Positions 55,362 to 64,000 of a DNA stretch of 64,000 nucleotides are shown here, piece after piece. How positions within the stretch are numbered: position 1 is the first letter of the stretch; each line of letters starts with the position of its first letter. The notes beneath the pieces were generated by a model. The model had not been told where the DNA came from. It was given only the letters and a program-made list of their open reading frames with translations, and made no database searches. The position numbers and the translations under genes are program-made. The stretch is from the human T2T-CHM13v2.0 reference genome, Homo sapiens, in the NCBI RefSeq assembly GCF_009914755.1, contig NC_060947.1; one strand, given 5' to 3'.

Positions 55362-58090
55362 TGTGATAGGCTCTTTTTGCATTGTTACAAAGAAATACCT
55401 AGTCAATATGCCCAGATTATATTTAGAGTAATTCAAATTTAAGTAAAATCAAAAAGGAATATCAGACAGGCTAAAATTAAAAAATCCCTTGGGTCTTAAT
55501 AAGCCCACAGTATGTGAACTGCCTCTAATTATATTCAGGAATAGACTCCTTTTGAAACCAACCAACAGAAAACACTTATTCAGAAGATGTCAATAAAAAA
55601 TTAATAAAAAAATGGAAATATCTGAAGCTGGGTAATTTATAAAGAAAAGGAGTTTAATTGGTTCACGGGTCAGCAGGTTTTACATGAAGCATAGTACCAG
55701 CATCTGCTTCTGATGAGGGCCTCAAGAAGCTTAAAATCATAGCAGTAGGCAAAAGGGGGCAGGTATATTCACATGGCAAGAGCAGAAACAAGGGGAGGTG
55801 TCACACTCTTTCAAACTACCACATCTTGCGTAAACTCAGAGTGAGAAGTCACTTATCACCAAGGGAATGATGCTAAACCATTCATGAGGAATCCACCCCC
55901 ATGATCCAATCACCTCCCACCAGGCCCCACCTCCAACACTGGAAATCACATTTCAATATGAGATTTGGAGGGAATAAACACTAAACCGTATCATTCCATC
56001 CCAGCCCCCAAATCTCACGTCCTTCTCACATTTCAAAATACAGTCATGCCTTGGCAATAGTCCCTCAAAATCTTAACTGGTTTCAGCATTAACTGAAAAG
56101 TCTTAAGTCTCAAGTCTGAAGTCCAAAGTCTCATGTAGAGATGAGTTCCTTCCATCTATAAGCCAATGAGATCAAAAATAAGTTATTAATTTCCAAGACA
56201 CAATGGTGGGACGGGCATTGGGTAGACATTCCCATTACAAAAGGATTAAATCAGCCAAAAGAAAGGGGCAATAGGCCCCATACAAGTCTGAAACCCAGCA
56301 GTGCAATCATTACATCTTAAAGTTCCAGAATAATCTTGATTCCATGTCCCAAATCTAGGGTACACTGGTTCAAGTGGTGGGCTTCCAAGGCCTTGGGGAG
56401 CTACATTCTTGTGACTTTGCAGATTGCAGCCTCCATGGCTGCTTTCACAAGTTCGAGCTGAGTGCCGGTGGATTTTCCAGGCTGAGGATGGAAGCTGCCT
56501 GTGACTCTACCATTCTGGAGTCTGGAGAGCAGTGGCCCCCTTCCCAAAGCTCCACTAGGCAGTGTTCTGTTGGAGACTTTCTGTGGAGGCTCTAACCCCA
56601 CATTTCCCCCTCTACACTGCCCTAGTAGAAGTTCCCTGTGAGGACTCCACCCTTGCAACAGGCTTTTACCTGGGCACCCAGGCTTTCTGATACGTCCTCT
56701 AAAATCTAGGAGGAAGCTGCCATGACTTCTTCATGCTTGTATTCTGTGTGCCTGTAGACTTAACACCACATGGATGCCTCCAAGGCTTATGGCTTGTACC
56801 CTCCAGTGCAGTGGCATGAGCTCTACCTGGGGCCCCTTGAGCTGAGGCTGGAGCTGGAGCTGCTAGGATGCAGGGAACAGTGTCCTGAGGTGGCCCAGGG
56901 CATTGGTGCCCTGGGCTTGGTCCTCAAAAGCATTATTTCCTCGTAGGACTCTGGGCCTGTGAAGGGGGGGACTGTCTCCAAGATCTCTGAAATGCCTCTG
57001 AGACCTTTTTCCTATTCTCTTGGCTATTAGCACTTGGCTGCCTTTTAGTCATGCTATTCTGTCTAGTAAGTGGCTGCTCCACAGCTTGGTTGTATTGTTC
57101 TCCCAAATAAAGTTTACTCTTTCTCTGCCAAATGGACAGGACACAGATTTTCCAAACTTTTATGCTCTGCTTCCCTATTAAACATAAGTTCCAAATTTAC
57201 ATCATTCTTTTGCTCCTATATCTTATTGCTCCTATGTCTTATTGTAGGCTGTTAGAAGCAACCACACAGATTTTTAAACAAATTTCTGCTTAGAAATTTC
57301 TTCTCCCAGATACCCTAGGTAATCACTCTTAAGTTTAAACTTTCACAGATCCCTAGGACTTGGGCATTTTGCAGCCAAGCTCTTTACTAAGGTGTAACAC
57401 AGGTGACCTTTGATCCAGTTTTCAATCTCTTCCTCATTTCCATATGAGATCTCATCAGCCAGAACTTCATTGTGTATATTTCTGCAAGGATTTTGGTCAC
57501 AACCACTTAACAAGTCTCTAAGATATTCCACTTTTCCTTGTTTTCCTGTATTCTCCTGAGCCCTCTAAACTCTTCCGACCTCTGCCCATTACCAAGCTCC
57601 AAAGCCACGTCCACATCTTCAGGAATCTTTATAGCCATGCATGCTCCGCTCCTTGGAACCAATTTTCCATGTTAGGCCATTTTCGCATTGCTATAAAGAA
57701 ATATCTGGGGCTGCATAACTTATACATAAAAGAGTTTTTTAACTGGCTCAGGGTTCTGCTAGCTTTATATGAAGCAGAGTGTCAGCATCTGCTTCTGGGG
57801 AAGGTCTCCGGAACTATAAAATCATGGTGAAAGGTGAAGGGGGAGTCAGCACATCACATGGTGAGAGCTAGAGCAAGAGAGAGAGAGTGGGGAGATGCCA
57901 TGCTCTTTTAAACAACCAGATCTCATGTGAACTTGGAGCAAGAACTCACTTATCACCAAAGGGATGGTTCTAAGCCATTTATGAGGAATCCACCCTCATA
58001 ATCCAGTCACCTGTTACCAGACCCACCTTCAATATTGAGAAACACATTTTGACATGAGATTTGGAGGGGATAAACATCCAAATCATATCA
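55362..58090 (-). mobile_element. Full MST (MSTA1/MSTB-like) MaLR provirus: LTR 55362-55993, internal region, LTR about 57668-58090
   Basis: Two homologous LTRs (ttgcattg.ta.aaagaaata.ct...atgagatttggaggg..taaaca) around MST-int sequence. Confidence 0.92.
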
Positions 58091-58415
58091 ATGTATCTAA
58101 TTCCATATGTACAGAGAGATAGAGACAGATGAAGATGCAGAAATACACATGAAGGGGGTCAGTTATTATAGGCCAGGAACTTTGAAATTTGCTTTAGCTA
58201 TCTTTATGAATAAATCATTCTCTGTCCTCAAAGAAGTATGGGAAAAGACAGTCTGATTTTTAAATTTGAATTTAGGCGTTTCTTTTTGTTGTGATGCCAG
58301 CTCATTTTTAGAGTCACTAAAAAATATTTCACTATCTGTCTCTAATTTCTAATAGTGTTTTTACTAAGAAATTGAGATTCCAAACACTGACATAAAATTC
58401 TTAAAAGTAGAGGAC

Positions 58416-59045
58416 TGTGGCTGTTAATTTTAGGGTTTAAACTGACTGGATTGAAGAATACCTAGAGAGTTGGTAAAGCATTATTTCTGGGTGTGTCTGT
58501 GAGAGTGTTTCTGTAGGAGATTGGCATGTGAGTCAGTGGGCTGAGTGGGGAAGATTCACCCTCACCCAATGTGAATGGCATCATCTAATCAGCTGAAGGC
58601 CTAGATAGAATCAAAAGATAAAGGAAAAAGCAAACTCTCTCTCTCTCTCTCTTTTTCTGCCTCCTTCCTTCCCTCCCTCCCTCTCCTGGAGCTGAAACAC
58701 TTTTCTCTTCCTGACCTTGGACGTTAGAACTCCAAGCTCTCTTGACTTTAGACTCCAAGACATACACCAGCAGCTCCCTAAGTTTTCAGACCCACAGCCT
58801 CAGACTGAGAGAGACACCAGCAACTTCCCTGATTCTGATGCCTTCTTACTTGAACTGAGCTATGCTATAGACATTCCAGAGTCCCCAACTTGCACATGTT
58901 CTGTCGTGGGACTCCTCAGCCTCCATAATTGTGTGAGCCAATTCTCCTAACAATTACCCTTTCATATATCTATGTATATATCTATATCTATCTATCTATA
59001 TGTATCCTATTGGTTATGTCTCTCTGAAGACCCCTGAATAATATA
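58416..59045 (+). mobile_element. MLT2B-type ERVL solo LTR
   Basis: tggtaaagcattatttctgggtgtgtctgtgag, cctcagcctccataattgtgtgagccaattc. TSD aggac/agggc. Confidence 0.88.
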
Positions 59046-59339
59046 AGGGCTATATTTCTGGAATTACTCGGTTCTTGGATTTACAAAATCAAATACTGAT
59101 TTGATGCTTCTCATATAGCACAGACCAGAATAGTAAGTCACAGGATAAGAAACTTACCTTGAAGTATAAATTAAACATGGGAATCTGATTAATTCTGCCC
59201 CCAACAAGTAAATAAACTTCCATTCTTAGCTAGCTCTTAATTTCACAAGTGAAACTTTTAAATATATGTATATTGAGTTTTCTTAAAGCAAAGCATTTGT
59301 CTTTAGATATAACATAATCTAGTTAGGTAAAACTGAAAT

Positions 59340-59750
59340 TTATTGATTTTTCCACCAAATTATTATTATGCACCAACTATGAGCCAGGAACTATGCCATG
59401 TGCTCAGGTCCCTGCTGTTATACGCTTATAGTTAAAGTGAAAGAAGGAAGGTACTAATAAAATAATTGCATAAACATAAATGGCAATTTATAAGTTGCAA
59501 CACTTCCATGTGCTATGGAAAAAAATTATGTGTCGAGTTTATAATAGATGTATTTGATATAGTCATGTGAATCAAAGAAGGTTTCTCTATTTATTGAACC
59601 AAGGGATGTAGAGTGAGAAGGAGTTAAATAGGCAAAGAGTTTAGGGTACAGAATTCCAGGCACAAGGAGCAGTCTGTATGAAGACAATAAAAGAGGACAC
59701 ATTTGCAGATTGAATTAACATCACTTAGGCTGGGTTAAGATAGCAAAGTC
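59340..59750 (-). mobile_element. L2 fragment
   Basis: gcaccaactatgagccagg, gaattccaggcacaagg. Confidence 0.55.
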
Positions 59751-60732
59751 ACCCAGGAAAAATTAATCTTTATTTGAGTAAAGATTAGAGTTTATGTTGA
59801 TAATCCCAATCTTCTTTTGGACAATGTTTACCCTATAACAACCTCTATTTTTCTGAAAAGCTGTGATTCCAATTCCTCATTTTAATAATTTATTTCATTG
59901 TCCAAAGACAATGACACAAATGAGAATAGAAAATATCCCCATTTATACATTGGGGTTTATCCATGCTACCCCAATCTCTTTGGCCTCTGGATATTGTTTT
60001 TGATGACTGACAGATGTAAAGCATTTTTTGTTCTCTAATCAAGACAGAAGTCAAATAGGGAGTTAGTTTCTTTACAACTAGTGAAATATCTCACCTTATT
60101 CTGGAAAATCTGTATAATTCATCTTGGCAATCTGAGCTAGTCATCGTACAATAAAACTAGACCCATGCTAAGCATAGCCCTATAAGGCATCAAAGCAATT
60201 TAAAAGATCAGTTTGATGTTTGACACAGAGTCAATATATATCTTTATGTTTTGTGGTGACATGCTGAAGTAGCAGTTTACTCAGCTTTGAGCCTATGCAG
60301 CAGTCTCAAAAAAATCAGTAAAATCAAATGGAAAAACGATAAGAGTCTAACAATGAAAGCCACACCAAAAATCTGAAAATAAGTGGGTAAAGTGAGAAAA
60401 TAAGTCTCTGGATGCATAATGATGTAGTGAAAAGACCAGTGTGAGAGAGACTTGCCTGCCCCTTATCAGCCCAGCTAGGCTTTTTAGATGGCCTCCTCTT
60501 GTTTCCTTTGATTCCCAAGCCACAGCCTTCACCAGTCATTTACACTTCACTTATTAAACCTTACTTATTTTTTATCACTTCAATGTCATCTTTCCCCTAT
60601 AAGATTGTAAAATCATTGAGGATAAAACCTATGCCTTCCTTCTTTTCTCCTTGTTTTCTCAGACATTTTCCTTACTTTTATCTATATTCAACAAGATACT
60701 AAATGTTAGATGTGCTAGGTGAAGGAATGTGT

Positions 60733-60875
60733 AATATATATATATAAACATATATATATATACACACATATATATAAACATATATATATATATACACATA
60801 TATATAAACATATATATATATACACATATATATAAACATATATATATACACATATATATAAACATATATATATAT

Positions 60876-60925
<50 letters not shown>
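60733..60925. repeat. Long compound (TA)n/CA microsatellite with higher-order units of about 26-30 bp
   Basis: Seen directly. Confidence 0.92.
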
Positions 60926-61132
60926 CCTCTCAGGCTCAAGCAATCCTCCTACCTCAGCCTCCTGAGAAGCTGGGATTACTGGTGAGTGTCACCATGCCTG
61001 GCTATATGTTTTAGTAGAGATCTGGTTTTGCTATGTTACCCAGGCTGATCTTGAACTCCTGTCCTCAAGCAATTCTCCCGCCTCAGCCTCCTAAAGTTTT
61101 GGGATTACAAGCGTGAGTCACTGAGCCTGGCC
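60926..61132 (-). mobile_element. AluJ, partial
   Basis: ggctcaagcaatcctcctacctcagcc, gctatgttacccaggctg, ctcaagcaattctcccgcc (J diagnostics). The 3' part is missing. Confidence 0.9.
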
Positions 61133-61309
61133 AAAATATGCATTATATGAAAGACCATCCTATAGATTTGACCAAAGTAAAATGGTTAGTAACTGATGAA
61201 GCCTGTATTTGTACCTTATCTGCCTGGCTCCAGTTTGCTCTGGTCAGACAAACCCTGCTTCAAATCTTGGCTCCACTATGTATTTAGTCTTATGAATGTA
61301 CGAAAAACA

Positions 61310-61530
61310 TAAAGTCATTAATAAAGTACATACTAAAAGCCAAGTGCTATGCTAAATTCCTATTATTATTCAGTCTTCTTAATAATTTTGAGAGGAAGGT
61401 GCTATTATTATTCCCACATCACAGAAGAGTATACCAAGAGACAGACAGATTTAGTAAACTGTCAAAATTCACCTAGTTAGTAAGCAGCAGAGCTGAGATA
61501 CAAAACTAAGGGATTTAACTCCAAGCTCGT
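61310..61530 (-). mobile_element. MIR SINE
   Basis: gctattattattcccacat...ctagttagtaagcagcagagctgagat. Confidence 0.7.
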
Positions 61531-62639
61531 CTGTGTAGATGTTACCTCCCTAATTTTAGTCAATATTAATTGAACCCGAGCTAGATCTAATATCATGCAT
61601 CCTTGAAGTCCCCTGGAAAGTTTCACTTTGTGGACTTGCACATTTATCCATTCAGTTTGCTTTTGTTAAATTCTCAAAGCTGTCCAAGACTCAAAAAAAT
61701 TAAAAGAATACTTATGAGAATGAGATGGGGAGGAGGATGGAATATAAAGTAGTGTAGCACATGCTTTCTGCACTCCAGAAGTTCACAATTCACATGAGGA
61801 TCTAAGATGGTCAAAGTAGTAAGTATGGTATGAGACACAAGACATAGTTGATTCTAAACAAGTGATTTAGAGCGGGGTACTTCTGGCTGAAGCAGTAAGA
61901 AAAGGCATCACAGAAGAGAGCGGATTTTAGTTGGGTATTGAAGAATGGGCATAATTTTGAGAGGTAGAAAAGTGTAAGGCAAGCCTTTCAGGCTGCAGGG
62001 ATGGGGGACGGGGTGTAAGTAACAACAATGCCACCCTCTGGCGTTGATACAATGTTTGGAGCATCCATCATTTCTCCTTACTATTACAGAATAGCTGTGA
62101 ACTCTCCAGTTTATACTTTTTTCTGTTGGTGTCTTGCTGACTTAGGGAGGCTTGGCAGAAAGTTTTGCAGAGCACCTGTTTTAAGCTAGTGGTTTTCACA
62201 ACCTTGCATTCAACCATCCCAAAGCCAAAGTGAAATTAAATTAATTTGACCCTTAAAAATTACATTTGTAATAAGGAGAACTAAAGACCATAAAATGAAG
62301 ATAGCACAACAAAACAGAAATCAAATTAAGAGGCTGTCCTGAAGACCTTTAAGGTGAGGAGGACGTTTTAAGCATTGGATGTTGTTAAATCATTCAGTTC
62401 ATTTCACAGTGACTTGCTTTTGATGCAGCCTAGGATAAAATGTACTTCATTGATCTCGTGCATAATTAATATGATTCTGTAGTCTTCATCAGATAGGTCA
62501 CCTGTGAATGTAAAGCAATTGTGTTTTTCCTGAATTTCTTCTCATAATAAATCCTCAAAACATAGATGAAGGGCCACAGATAAGTTTGTGAAGGACTGCA
62601 ATTGTTGTCCTTTAGTGAACTTGACTTTACTATCTGCCA

Positions 62640-62890
62640 TTTATTCACTAATGCATTTATTTATTTATTCATGCATTGATTCCTGTATCCATTCATTCAT
62701 TCAATCAATATCTATTCATCTTTTTATTCAGGTGCTTGAGTGTCCATTACTATCAGGCACTGTGCTTAGGCACTGTGGATATGAAGACCAATCAGACAGG
62801 TTCTGTCCTTAAGTTGCTCATAGTGAAGTTGGAAAACCTAGCACATTAACAAATAAACTACAGTGTAATAGATGTGGTACATAAATAGGA
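62640..62890 (-). mobile_element. L2 3' end
   Basis: cattcattcattcaatc...caggcactgtgcttaggcactg. Confidence 0.75.
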
Positions 62891-62899
62891 TTTTCATTT

Positions 62900-63450
62900 T
62901 TAAAGAGTACAATAATTTCCATTTTAAAAAGCTTATTATTAAAAATAAAATAGTGCATGCAATTAAATAAATCCAGGTAGTACAAAAAGCATTATGAAAA
63001 AGAAAATGAGACTACCACTCCAAATGCTCAGTTGCCCTCCTTAAAGGCAAATGCTATTTACAGTTTCTTATATTTCTTTCCAGAAATTTTCTTCACAGAT
63101 ATGTAAATGGTCACACATTGCACCCTTTTATCTACATCTTGCTTTTGTCACTGGCTATATTTTGGATATTTTTTTCCATATCAGTATTCACTCTTCATTG
63201 TCTTTAAAAACTAAGTGACATTTTATTGTATGGATGTAGCCACACTTACTTAACCAGCCTCCTCATGCGCATTTTGGTGGTTTCCAGGAAATTGCTATTG
63301 CAAAGCAAACAAAGAATATTCTAATTTTTAAAAAACTGTGTATTCATCATTGTGCACATAGCTTCCTAGTGGTGGAAGTTTTGTATCACAGGTTATGCCA
63401 ATTTAACAGTTTGAAAAATATTTCCCAAATGTCTTTTAAAAACAGTTTGT
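62900..63450 (-). mobile_element. L1ME 3' fragment
   Basis: acagtttcttatatttctttccaga, attgtatggatgtagc...acttaaccag. Confidence 0.6.
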
Positions 63451-64000
63451 TTTAATTTTATTGTACTATGGTGAAAGCCTGGAAGTGGGAGACATTAATT
63501 CTGCTTGGAATAATAGGGCAGATTTTTCAAAGGACCGGAATTTCAGTAGGGTATTAAGGAATGAGTTTACCAGGTGGAGAAAATGCACATGGATGTACTA
63601 GGTTCAGGTAATTTTTTCATCTTGCCTAACACCTGTGGTCACCAATGGTCCAAGACCAATGCATGAAGGTGCTGGAATAGTATCCACTCACTATTCTAGA
63701 GTGTAGCCTTCTAGGATCCCAAGATAGAGTAGGGTTTTTTAAATTAGGGTAACAGTTGTGAATAAGTCCCGATTGGCAAAAATATTTCCTTACTGATTAA
63801 TTGTAACAGCTTTCTAACTAGTACTCTTGTCCCCTTTTCCCAGCCATTTTAAACATTGTTGTCTGAGCAACCTTTCAAATACAACTGGATCTTGCCTCCT
63901 GCTTAAAAATATCCAAAGCTTCCCTTCACCTATAGGAAAAATGTTAAACTTCTTAACAAAGTCAGTCATTATCTGGCTCCAACATGCCTTTCCAATCTCA

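Noticed and set aside
60659-60943. YI/CV-rich ORFs
   Set aside because: They are translations of a (TA)n microsatellite.

Overview
This is AT-rich, repeat-dense primate nuclear DNA, probably human (AluY/S/J, L1PA/PB/MA/ME, L2, MIR, MaLR and ERV LTRs, Tigger, MER and MADE1). I found no intact protein-coding gene. The ORF track is explained by transposon remnants, microsatellites and a mitochondrial pseudogene. The main feature is an old ~2.8 kb NUMT (49777-52584: tRNA-Glu, CYTB, tRNA-Thr, tRNA-Pro, the complete control region, tRNA-Phe and the start of 12S). Its D-loop is unlike modern human mtDNA and keeps an ACGT-type tandem repeat between CSB1 and CSB2, which reads as four TACGTGC (HIF-type) motifs. 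About 2 kb downstream is an HNF1 + TATA promoter-like arrangement. Other oddities: a MADE1 palindrome carrying a templated copy of DNA from 1.3 kb upstream, an orphan poly(A)-tailed insert inside an MST LTR, an AluY that appears to have deleted part of an LTR1, three 5'-inverted (twin-primed) L1s, and an old 150 bp local duplication. Repeat subfamily names come from recalled consensus sequences, and the boundaries of old repeats are approximate.
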